The notes beneath the pieces were generated by a model. That model made no database searches and had not been told where the DNA came from. It saw only the letters and a list, made by a program, of their open reading frames with translations. The translations under genes were made by a program, and so were the position numbers. From IMG/VR virus record IMGVR_UViG_3300032093_000084: a stretch of 64,000 bases of DNA; one strand, written 5' to 3'. Of this stretch, positions 7,587 to 15,664 are shown piece after piece (the stretch's first letter is position 1; every line of letters begins with the position of its first letter). Origin of the DNA: an uncultured virus (IMG/VR IMGVR_UViG_3300032093_000084). Lineage: Duplodnaviria > Heunggongvirae > Uroviricota > Caudoviricetes.

Positions 7587-8123
7587 GTGATTCGTTTGAA
7601 ACAATTGCTTGCGGAATGGACTGGTGAATCATGGAAGTCGTGTCAACAATGGAATTCACATAAAACGGAATTCTTATCTGGAGAAATTGGCGCGAAAATT
7701 AAAATTGTAAAATCTTTATCACGTTTCACACTCATGTATGCTGGTCCTGCTACGGGAATTAGCATTGCTCATGCAAAGGGGTCATCGGGTGATACATTGC
7801 ACCAACTATTCAATGTATTGCTTTGTGAAATCAATCCATGGTTGGCTAACAACAAAGTTAAGCCGCAGATATACAAAGCTACAAGCACATGCAAAAAGAA
7901 TCCCGATGGTTCATATCATATGGTCATTGAAATGCCTTGCGTACCATCGGATAAAAATTGGCAAATCAATCATCGTGGTGGCTGGGGTCATGATCCTGGT
8001 GCAAAATCTGTAGTAGCTGCATCAAATGATAATGAAGGTTTAGAAGGCCCATCAACTGTTGTGGTTACAATTCCGGGTAATGGTGTTATTACAACACACT
8101 TCATGAGATACCCATTACAATAA
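7587..8123 (+). CDS. Hypothetical protein (MIRLKQLLAE leader)
   Basis: GTG start, 178 aa, His-rich motifs AH, LHQ, HRGGWGH. Confidence 0.7.
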   Translation: MIRLKQLLAEWTGESWKSCQQWNSHKTEFLSGEIGAKIKIVKSLSRFTLMYAGPATGISIAHAKGSSGDTLHQLFNVLLCEINPWLANNKVKPQIYKATSTCKKNPDGSYHMVIEMPCVPSDKNWQINHRGGWGHDPGAKSVVAASNDNEGLEGPSTVVVTIPGNGVITTHFMRYPLQ

Positions 8124-8163
8124 CAAGAGCGGGCCTGAAAGGACGCTCTATATGCTTATTACC

Positions 8164-8196
8164 TTTACAACGTACTAAGTTATTTACAACGTACTA
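8164..8196. repeat. 14-bp direct repeat TTTACAACGTACTA x2
   Basis: Copies at 8164-8177 and 8183-8196, abutting ATATTTAT at 8196. Confidence 0.8.
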
Positions 8197-8221
8197 TATT
8201 TATTTTATATAAAGGAAATAA

Positions 8222-8716
8222 ATGATTAAATTAGAAAAATTATTAGCTGAAAATATGCGTCGCTTTGGTACTAAAAATTTACGAGAAGGGGCAATGGCAT
8301 TCGAAGGCGATCCAATTTCTGGTCATCCATTCTTTGATCAAACAATTGTCGTAGATTTAGATGGTAAAAAAATGGAATTATTATTTTCAAATAAACCATA
8401 TGATATGACAGAAGTTGATGCATTAGCTTCAAAAGAAAATGCAAAATTACCAACATTTGGACAACTAGATTCGTTAAGTAACTTAGTAATGCCAGGATAT
8501 ACTGTTGGGACTATTTGGTATGAAATGTCATATGACTCAGAAATGGAAAATTATGCAATGGAACGATTCCGTTTATATGACTTATCAAATAAATCAGATG
8601 TACAAGTAGTAGTACCAAATATGCTTAGAAAAATAGAATCAGATGCATTAGTATTATTAAGGCCAGCAGATGCTGATTATATAATGTATATCAATAAAAA
8701 GGAAACGAATGATTAA
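8222..8716 (+). CDS. Hypothetical protein carrying both leader types
   Basis: MIKLEKLLAE-NMRRFGTKNLRE. Confidence 0.75.
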   Translation: MIKLEKLLAENMRRFGTKNLREGAMAFEGDPISGHPFFDQTIVVDLDGKKMELLFSNKPYDMTEVDALASKENAKLPTFGQLDSLSNLVMPGYTVGTIWYEMSYDSEMENYAMERFRLYDLSNKSDVQVVVPNMLRKIESDALVLLRPADADYIMYINKKETND

Positions 8717-9110
8717 ACTAAAAAATATTTTATCTGAAACATATGCATGGGAACGACGCGCTAACGGTTCGTTACCAACATTAAAAGATGTACAAGAGGC
8801 ATATGATGCTAAAGGTGTAGAAGATGCAGTAGACGAAGGCGCAGAAGGTGCTAAGCCTGATTATATTGATGCTGATGGCGATGGCGATGAAAAAGAATCT
8901 ATGAAAAAAGCATTTGCTGACAAAGAATCTGGTAAAGAAGTTAACGAAGAAGAAACTGAAGAAGAATCAGATCATGCTGCAGATGAAGAAGCTGCGGATA
9001 TGGATGTATTGAATATGGGTTCTTTAGAAGAGTCTACTACATTTTGGGGACGTGTTAAAGGTAACTTGCATGGCCATGAATATATTTTAAGAGAAGCGTT
9101 CCGCAAATAA
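8709..9110 (+). CDS. Acidic putative head-internal protein with DxDxDG motif
   Basis: MIKLKNILSE leader; PDYIDADGDGDEKESMKKA Ca-binding-like loop. Confidence 0.7.
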   Translation: MIKLKNILSETYAWERRANGSLPTLKDVQEAYDAKGVEDAVDEGAEGAKPDYIDADGDGDEKESMKKAFADKESGKEVNEEETEEESDHAADEEAADMDVLNMGSLEESTTFWGRVKGNLHGHEYILREAFRK

Positions 9111-9150
9111 CGCCTGCTACCTTAGGCATAACATTGCAGAGGCCAGTGTT

Positions 9151-9179
9151 AAGAGTGCGTCTTAAGGCGCACTTTTTTT
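9151..9179 (+). terminator. Intrinsic terminator
   Basis: AGAGTGCGTCT-TA-AGGCGCACTTT followed by T-run. Confidence 0.75.
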
Positions 9180-9198
9180 GTGTTCAATATTTATTAAT

Positions 9199-9324
9199 AT
9201 GAATAGGTTATTTGCTTTTATATTAGGATTTGTTTCAATGATAGTCCTAGGGTTATATTCGTTATATGATATTATAAAAAAGGGAATAAATGGCAGCAAA
9301 AGCAAAAACAAACACAGCAAGTAG
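9199..9324 (+). CDS. 41-aa membrane peptide (not in ORF track)
   Basis: MNRLFAFILGFVSMIVLGLYSLYDIIKKG...; ATG 4 nt after ATATTTAT. Confidence 0.5.
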   Translation: MNRLFAFILGFVSMIVLGLYSLYDIIKKGINGSKSKNKHSK

Positions 9325-9436
9325 TTATATTTCGAAGCCGAAAGTAAAACGACCTGGAGTTCATGCAAAAAGTAAAATGAGTAAACTTAAAACAAGTAAG
9401 AATTACGCTAAAGCATATCGCGCACAAGGTAAATGA
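9290..9436 (+). CDS. 48-aa highly basic protein (not in ORF track)
   Basis: MAAKAKT...KRPGVHAKSK...KNYAKAYRAQGK*; ATGA overlap with next gene. Confidence 0.7.
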   Translation: MAAKAKTNTASSYISKPKVKRPGVHAKSKMSKLKTSKNYAKAYRAQGK

Positions 9437-10683
9437 TTAAATTAAAACACATATTAGAACAACGTGGTAATGAACACCCGAAACAGATTCTGTTTATTAC
9501 AGACTATGATATTAATAGAAACTGGCATGTTTTTAGACGTTTACTTAGATCGCAAAATATCACAGGAATCTTTAGATATTATAAAGAAGAAGATTCATCA
9601 GAAATGGTAAATCTATTACATTATAATATAACTAAATCATATGATTTTGTAATATTACAAATTAGTGGTTTAAAAGATAAAAATTCAAATTTAGCAATAC
9701 AAAATTATAAAAGAGCTATACGTTTATGTCAAGATAATGATGTTCCATTAATTATTGTAGCTCCGCCATATCCTAAATTTGCAAAAGAATTAGATCGAAA
9801 TAAAGATTTATTATATTTTGAACGTATCGATGCATGGTTACATGGTGTCGAATCGGATAATCTCATGATGATCGATTTATCTGAATTAGATGATGATGTT
9901 TATTTTGCAAAAAATGGTATTGATTTAAGTAAAACTGGTAATGATGTAATTTATCAAGAACTTATACAATTAATTGATTCATATTCAGAAGAGCCCGAAG
10001 AAATTGAACCGGTGATTGAACCAGAAGAGGAACCAGAAGAGGAACCGAAACCTATTATATTAAAACAATTATTAAAAGGTCATGTTGAAATTGTTGGTAA
10101 TGTTACTAGAGAACAGGAAGATAATATTAAATTAATGATTCAATATATGAATGATTCTGATATAACAGATCCTGTAGCTCAAATTGGAATATTATCTGTA
10201 ATAGGAAAAGAGAGTGATTATGTTCCTCAGACTGAAATAGGTTATGCAACTACACCAAATGATCGTATACAAACTAAATTTAGTAAAACACGTACGTTAA
10301 CGGATGAAGAATTAGATGAATTAAAACAAGATGATGAAGATTTCTTTAATTTTGTTTATGGCGGCCGCTTTGAAAATGAAGACGATGAAGGTTATTTATA
10401 TCGCGGTAGAGGATTCAACCAATTAACATTCAAATCTAATTATCGTATATATGGCAAAAAAGTTAGAAAAAATTTAGTAGCTGATCCAGATCTTGTAAAT
10501 GAACCAGACATTGCAGCAGCAGTAGCTGTTGAATTCTTCACAAAAGGTGCACCGGTACCTGAATTCAAATCTATATCTGACGCAGTTACATATTTTACTA
10601 ATTTAAATGCGGGTGGTGAAGCTGATAGTGAAAATCATGGTAGCGCCCAACGTTATTCAAAACTATTTAAAATAGTACCATAA
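9433..10683 (+). CDS. SGNH-like N-terminal domain fused to GH19 chitinase/lysozyme-like domain
   Basis: C-terminal KES..E and YRGRGFNQLTFKSNY GH19 motif; N-terminal degenerate SGNH blocks; EP-rich linker. Confidence 0.75.
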   Translation: MIKLKHILEQRGNEHPKQILFITDYDINRNWHVFRRLLRSQNITGIFRYYKEEDSSEMVNLLHYNITKSYDFVILQISGLKDKNSNLAIQNYKRAIRLCQDNDVPLIIVAPPYPKFAKELDRNKDLLYFERIDAWLHGVESDNLMMIDLSELDDDVYFAKNGIDLSKTGNDVIYQELIQLIDSYSEEPEEIEPVIEPEEEPEEEPKPIILKQLLKGHVEIVGNVTREQEDNIKLMIQYMNDSDITDPVAQIGILSVIGKESDYVPQTEIGYATTPNDRIQTKFSKTRTLTDEELDELKQDDEDFFNFVYGGRFENEDDEGYLYRGRGFNQLTFKSNYRIYGKKVRKNLVADPDLVNEPDIAAAVAVEFFTKGAPVPEFKSISDAVTYFTNLNAGGEADSENHGSAQRYSKLFKIVP

Positions 10684-10707
10684 TATTTATATTAAAAAAA
10701 GGATACG

Positions 10708-11082
10708 ATGTTTGAAAAATTAATTTCTACATTAATGGCTTCTAGAGACCAAGCACACATTTTCCATTGGCAAACCACAGGCCCAGGTTCATATGCTGCG
10801 CATAAGGCATTAGGTAAATATTATGATGCAGTTCCAGATATGCTCGATGTATTGGTAGAAGCATATCAAGGTAAACATGGAATTTTAAAAGGGTATGAGC
10901 CTGCAGAACGTTTTGATGAGTACTCTAAAGAAAGTACAATCAAATATTTTAAAGCATTAGCTACATACGTGGATCGAGTATACAATAAAATTCCAAAAGA
11001 AGATACAAATATTATTAATCTAGTAGATGGGTTTAAAGATTTAATTTATACTACCATTTACAAATTGGAGAATTTGCAATAA
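10708..11082 (+). CDS. Ferritin/Dps-like four-helix protein
   Basis: HIFHWQT..SYAAHKALGKYYD..D.LVEAYQG pattern of phage Dps-like proteins. Confidence 0.75.
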   Translation: MFEKLISTLMASRDQAHIFHWQTTGPGSYAAHKALGKYYDAVPDMLDVLVEAYQGKHGILKGYEPAERFDEYSKESTIKYFKALATYVDRVYNKIPKEDTNIINLVDGFKDLIYTTIYKLENLQ

Positions 11083-11603
11083 TGAAAATTTTCGATCATA
11101 CCAAACCTAGACATATTGAAATTCTTCAAGAAGAATTGTATCGAGCTAAAAAGATTTTAACAGAATTATATTCTGCAGATCGACTTTGGGGTAATATGAC
11201 TCCTGACGAAAGAAAGGATGCATTAAATGTAGCCAAAGCATCAAATCCAGAAGAATATTTAAACAAACGTTGGGATGATATTCCTCCGGATATGCAAGAT
11301 TTAATTGATTTATCAACGTATGAACGAGCAACTGAAAATCAAACTGGTAGAAGTTTATATCGTGGTACTAAATATGCAATGACACAAGATCCGATGGCTA
11401 ATCGCTTTGTAATGACATTTTTAAAGCAACGTAATAAAGCTGCAATTGAAGAATTAACAGTTGCAGAAATGTCTGATTTAAATGTTAAACTATGGCGCTT
11501 TGTTAAACGCAATGAACCAAAAATTACGTCTTCAGGTCAATCATCAATGACAGCTGACGATTATAAAGCAGGGCAAGGCCGCGGCGGCTGGCAAGGAGAT
11601 TAG
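11082..11603 (+). CDS. Hypothetical protein
   Basis: 173 aa, ILQEE and ILTE motifs near N-terminus. Confidence 0.75.
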   Translation: MKIFDHTKPRHIEILQEELYRAKKILTELYSADRLWGNMTPDERKDALNVAKASNPEEYLNKRWDDIPPDMQDLIDLSTYERATENQTGRSLYRGTKYAMTQDPMANRFVMTFLKQRNKAAIEELTVAEMSDLNVKLWRFVKRNEPKITSSGQSSMTADDYKAGQGRGGWQGD

Positions 11604-11803
11604 AATGGAATCAGGGAGTTACACGTTTTATTTATATCATTGATACTGATAATCAAGGCAATGAAACAAAACGTTTTTTAAATATTGCATGCATTCAACA
11701 AATATTTCAACAAGGCGATGATGTGTATATTGAAATGACGGACTATACAGAAATGTGCGTAAAAAATACTAATATCAACGTATTTATGGATCGTTTTATT
11801 TGA
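11588..11803 (+). CDS. Probable 71-aa protein with non-canonical (CTG) start or frameshift
   Basis: Frame open 11567-11803: (L)ARRLEWNQGVTRFIYIIDTD...FMDRFI*. Confidence 0.45.
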   Translation: MARRLEWNQGVTRFIYIIDTDNQGNETKRFLNIACIQQIFQQGDDVYIEMTDYTEMCVKNTNINVFMDRFI

Positions 11804-11841
11804 TCTAAATATTTATAATAAAATAAAAAAAAAAGGTTTTT

Positions 11842-12027
11842 ATGACATCACAAGAATTATTTGACACGATGAAAGAACATTGGTTATCTTTTGAAGAAAA
11901 TCATGTACGCTTTACAGAAAAAGGAACAAAAGCTGCTGGCGTTAGAGCACGTAAATCAATTAACGAATTAAAAAAATTATCTAGCAAATATCGTTCAACC
12001 CAATTAGCAGAATCTAAAGTAAAATGA
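11842..12027 (+). CDS. Histone H1-like (Hc1-type) small DNA-binding protein
   Basis: EKGTKAAGVRARKS..ELKKL...R motif typical of Bacteroidetes Hc1-like proteins. Confidence 0.8.
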   Translation: MTSQELFDTMKEHWLSFEENHVRFTEKGTKAAGVRARKSINELKKLSSKYRSTQLAESKVK

Positions 12028-12839
12028 AAAATACAATTGTAGAAAATATTATTATTACTACATTGAAACAGATGTTATCTGAACAAGCAGAAACTGCTTC
12101 TGGCAAAGAAACAGATAATGCCGAATCAGATGCAGCTGGTTTTTTATTTACACCTGCCGAAGAAAGATTTTTAGGTAAATTTGACGCATATGGTACTCGT
12201 CATTTAGGTATCATATATTCATTATCTGATATAGGTATCAGAGAATTTATTAGTAGAAGCGGCGCTGATTTAAATATTACTCCAGGCATATTGTTAAAAT
12301 TATACAAACAAGGTATAATTAAATTTACGCAATATGCGGGATGGGGTAGAAATGATGATTATACTATAGAATTACAATTGTCATTGAATGATGTTAAAGG
12401 TTTAGGTGCTGCTGATAAAGAAAAAGCAGAAAAAGGTTCTCAATCATCAGGGGCGGCAGCAGGCGGTGCCGCTCCTATGGGTGGGATGGAAGTTTCTTGG
12501 GTCGTAAAATATGGAGATGTTTTACGAGAAAGTGCAAAAATTATTAAAAATTATCAATCGAAACCATTATCAGAAGCAAAAAAATCTGAAATTGATGTTT
12601 TTGTTGATAAATCTAGAATGTTACGTCAATTTCCAAAAGAATTTATTCGCGATTTAAAACGAATAATTGCTAGAATTGATAAAAAAATGCATACCAGTTC
12701 ACAAAAAGAGCGACTAATTGCAGATATTTTAGATAATTTGCAAGTTAACTTAAAATTAACGCCCAAACAAGTCAAACAATCATTTGAATTTCATAAAGAT
12801 CAAAAGCGTTTGAACAAATATTTAGAAAAATCTAAGTAA
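12024..12839 (+). CDS. Hypothetical protein, probable head-internal protein
   Basis: 271 aa; LKQMLSEQ, VLRES and PLSEA LxE motifs. Confidence 0.7.
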   Translation: MKNTIVENIIITTLKQMLSEQAETASGKETDNAESDAAGFLFTPAEERFLGKFDAYGTRHLGIIYSLSDIGIREFISRSGADLNITPGILLKLYKQGIIKFTQYAGWGRNDDYTIELQLSLNDVKGLGAADKEKAEKGSQSSGAAAGGAAPMGGMEVSWVVKYGDVLRESAKIIKNYQSKPLSEAKKSEIDVFVDKSRMLRQFPKEFIRDLKRIIARIDKKMHTSSQKERLIADILDNLQVNLKLTPKQVKQSFEFHKDQKRLNKYLEKSK

Positions 12840-12843
12840 ATTT

Positions 12844-12871
12844 TTGAAAAAGTTATATTTTTTCTTATTAT
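12844..12871 (+). promoter_or_regulatory. Middle-type promoter
   Basis: TTGAAA-16nt-TATTAT. Confidence 0.5.
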
Positions 12872-12900
12872 ATATGTAAGAATCATAAAATTTTAAACAA

Positions 12901-13110
12901 ATGAGTTATTACATCGCAAAAATCCAATTAACGGATACGGTTGACACACCTAAAGGTCAAAAAGAAAAGAAAGTTACTGAAACTTATCTAGTAGAAGCAC
13001 TATCAGTAACAGACGCAGAAGCTAAAGTTGTTAACGACTTTAAAGGCTACACATTAGATTTTGAAGTAAAATCAGTATCAGCAAGTAAAATCATTAAAAT
13101 TATAGAATAA
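12901..13110 (+). CDS. DUF4494-like protein
   Basis: KKVTETYLVEALSVTDAEAKV resembles the Bacteroidetes DUF4494 motif. Confidence 0.75.
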   Translation: MSYYIAKIQLTDTVDTPKGQKEKKVTETYLVEALSVTDAEAKVVNDFKGYTLDFEVKSVSASKIIKIIE

Positions 13111-13409
13111 TGATATATAAAGCTGGAGATGAAGTTATCGTAACATCGGAAGGTGTTAATCGAGTAGGTGTAGTTTTAGATCGACGAATTATTAATAAAT
13201 CGTCAGTATATGATGTGTTATTAGAAAACCGTAGTGCATTAGTTATGTTAAATACATCTACGAATACAAGAAATTATATTAACAAAATACTTACTGAAAG
13301 ACTATGTGCTAGTGGAGAAATTCAATCTACAATTCCTTATAAGGATCTAGTAGCAAATGAACAATTGCCACATCTAGATGCAAATTCTGCAGGTAAAGCT
13401 TCATGGTAA
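13110..13409 (+). CDS. Hypothetical protein (SH3/KOW-like N-terminus)
   Basis: YKAGDEVIV..GVVLD..YDVLL. Confidence 0.65.
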   Translation: MIYKAGDEVIVTSEGVNRVGVVLDRRIINKSSVYDVLLENRSALVMLNTSTNTRNYINKILTERLCASGEIQSTIPYKDLVANEQLPHLDANSAGKASW

Positions 13410-13429
13410 TTACATAAAACTACAAATTT

Positions 13430-14092
13430 ATGGATGTTAATAAATTAACAAATCAAATCCTAAACAATCTTGAAAATACTAACGAGCAATATCATCAGTG
13501 GGATTCGTTAGAACCAACTGATCCGGATTATATGATGTATAGTCCTAGAGCAGTTGGTTATAATACAACTGCCGAGCAACGCTATTTAATGCAAAATCTA
13601 CTAGTAGGATTTAGCGGCGGGTCTTTATTAGATATCGGTTGCGGCCGTTGTGATTTATACGATGTAGCGCGTGAAATGGCTACGTTAAACGGTGACACTG
13701 TATTCTATAGTGCCATAGACCATAATCCCGTAATGACTGCATTAGGCGAACAAAAATGGGGCTTAGATTCAATTAATGTAGGCCCATTTGAAACTGCTAA
13801 ATTTAATCCGCAAATGTGGGTCGTTGCATCAGGCTTATTTACTCAACGTCGTTGCGAGACTGAAAATGAAGACTTAACTAAATTATTAGATGATATTGAC
13901 AAATTGTATAATATCGCAACTCAAGTAGTTTCATTTAATCTTTTATCTCCTATCAATACATATCATCATGAAGGTTTCTTATATGTTCATCCCGGACTTA
14001 TATTAGATATGTTAATTGAAAAATATCAAAATGTTATTTTACGTCATAACTATTCAAAAGACGTGTATACAGTATTAATTTATAAATTTTAA
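13430..14092 (+). CDS. Class I SAM-dependent methyltransferase
   Basis: SLLDIGCG motif I, YSAID, VVASGLF. Confidence 0.8.
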   Translation: MDVNKLTNQILNNLENTNEQYHQWDSLEPTDPDYMMYSPRAVGYNTTAEQRYLMQNLLVGFSGGSLLDIGCGRCDLYDVAREMATLNGDTVFYSAIDHNPVMTALGEQKWGLDSINVGPFETAKFNPQMWVVASGLFTQRRCETENEDLTKLLDDIDKLYNIATQVVSFNLLSPINTYHHEGFLYVHPGLILDMLIEKYQNVILRHNYSKDVYTVLIYKF

Positions 14093-14101
14093 AAAAACAA
14101 C

Positions 14102-14494
14102 ATGTTAAAAAGTATTAATCAACCATGGGCTATTTCAGAAAAATTCAAACAACGTTATGGCGATACATGGACGAATATGGATTTTGTCTTTGAAGATAAA
14201 ATTTCTGCAGAAAATTTTAAAACAGATCCAATGAATTGTTCAATCGGTACACTTACAGCGGCGGGGCAAACTATTAAGATGCGTTATAAAGATTTAATCT
14301 CATATACAAAAAATTTAGATACATTTACTAGTAATATGTATGCATCTCGTCCAACAAAAACTGAAACATTTTCTGTAGATATCAAAGGACGAACATTAAT
14401 GTTAACAAAACATGAAGTTGCAAAACTTAATGAAACGTTAACTGATGCATTAACTGTTACAATGCGAAGTTACGAATTAGGCTTATATTTATAA
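14102..14494 (+). CDS. Hypothetical protein
   Basis: 130 aa ORF in operon. Confidence 0.75.
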   Translation: MLKSINQPWAISEKFKQRYGDTWTNMDFVFEDKISAENFKTDPMNCSIGTLTAAGQTIKMRYKDLISYTKNLDTFTSNMYASRPTKTETFSVDIKGRTLMLTKHEVAKLNETLTDALTVTMRSYELGLYL

Positions 14495-14512
14495 TAAAAT
14501 AAAGGGCCTATC

Positions 14513-14689
14513 ATGATTTATGTATTTTATTATAAAACTGATAGTGATCGCGAACCAATTGGTCGTGTAATGGCAACGAGTTTGGACGAGGCACGAGAAA
14601 TGATTTCGGAAGTAAAAGCACTTTCTGAAGATTTAATCGATAAATTGTTTATAATTAAAAAACTCGAAGATCATGAAAACAATATTTGA
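14513..14689 (+). CDS. 58-aa hypothetical protein (not in ORF track)
   Basis: MIYVFYYKTDSDREPIGRVMATSLDEARE...*; after ATATTTAT at 14485. Confidence 0.65.
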   Translation: MIYVFYYKTDSDREPIGRVMATSLDEAREMISEVKALSEDLIDKLFIIKKLEDHENNI

Positions 14690-15104
14690 CACCGTATTTA
14701 TTAGTAAATCAGAATATTCGTATTTTGAACAGCTAGACCCAATTGACCAAATCAATTACTTTTTTGATTTATATATTGCAACAATTACTCCTAATAAAGG
14801 AGCAATGGATCTTTCGGCATTTTTTGGTGAAGTTCGTGCTTCATTAGAAGATGCCAAAGTATCATCAACAGACGATATTATTAATGATCAAGATCGAGTT
14901 GATATCATGATTGATAACGAAAATATCATGATCGAGTCAAATAGTTTGCGAGCAGTTCGTCATATTGCATTACAGTTTATAGAAGCTGGTTATATATTAT
15001 CTAGAGATAAAGAAACAGAAAAAATGTTTCGAAAAGACAAAATAACTAGATATATGCGCATTTTTAAAATTATTAATCAAGTATCAACTTTATGTCTTAA
15101 CTAA
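14673..15104 (+). CDS. Hypothetical protein
   Basis: 143 aa ORF. Confidence 0.7.
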   Translation: MKTIFDTVFISKSEYSYFEQLDPIDQINYFFDLYIATITPNKGAMDLSAFFGEVRASLEDAKVSSTDDIINDQDRVDIMIDNENIMIESNSLRAVRHIALQFIEAGYILSRDKETEKMFRKDKITRYMRIFKIINQVSTLCLN

Positions 15105-15664
15105 TGGCAAAAAAATCAAACATTCCTGATAATATTCAAAAACAATTTGAAAAGCCACAATTTAAGATAGGAGACCCTGTATTCTTTACGTGGTTAGGTT
15201 CTAAAAAATATGGTTATGTTACAGCATTTAAAACAGTGGGTTGGGGCATTCAATATACAGTTGAAGAAGACAATGTCCGATATCCTTGCGGCATTGAGAT
15301 TAAAACGCACAAAACAACGTATACAACAGGATATATCCGTTACGACGAAACAAGAGCTATTGGACGAGATGAGCTCATTACACGCATCCAAACCGGACAC
15401 TCAAGCACTTATTCAGAGCTTTTTATCGACACCCGAAGGACAGCGATACAAAGCAGAAGCGAGTCTACAACTAGCAAACGCGTATCTACAAAGAATACTA
15501 AAGGAATTAAATCAACCGAATCTATCACTTCGGGAAAAGATGTTATACAATCTAGCTCTAATGGAAATTCTACGGGAACTAGAAAAAAACGAGGAAATTC
15601 TGAGCTCGATACCGCAATAAAGAAACAACGAGACTTTTTAAACGGTTTTGTTAAAAAAGATTAA
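15104..15664 (+). CDS. Hypothetical protein (SH3-like N-terminus, basic tail)
   Basis: FKIGDPVFF..YGYVT; TAATG coupling. Confidence 0.7.
   Translation: MAKKSNIPDNIQKQFEKPQFKIGDPVFFTWLGSKKYGYVTAFKTVGWGIQYTVEEDNVRYPCGIEIKTHKTTYTTGYIRYDETRAIGRDELITRIQTGHSSTYSELFIDTRRTAIQSRSESTTSKRVSTKNTKGIKSTESITSGKDVIQSSSNGNSTGTRKKRGNSELDTAIKKQRDFLNGFVKKD

Noticed and set aside
15210..15620. 136-aa alternative-frame ORF
   Set aside because: Nested in the coupled gene 15104-15664, with no start signal or recognisable motif
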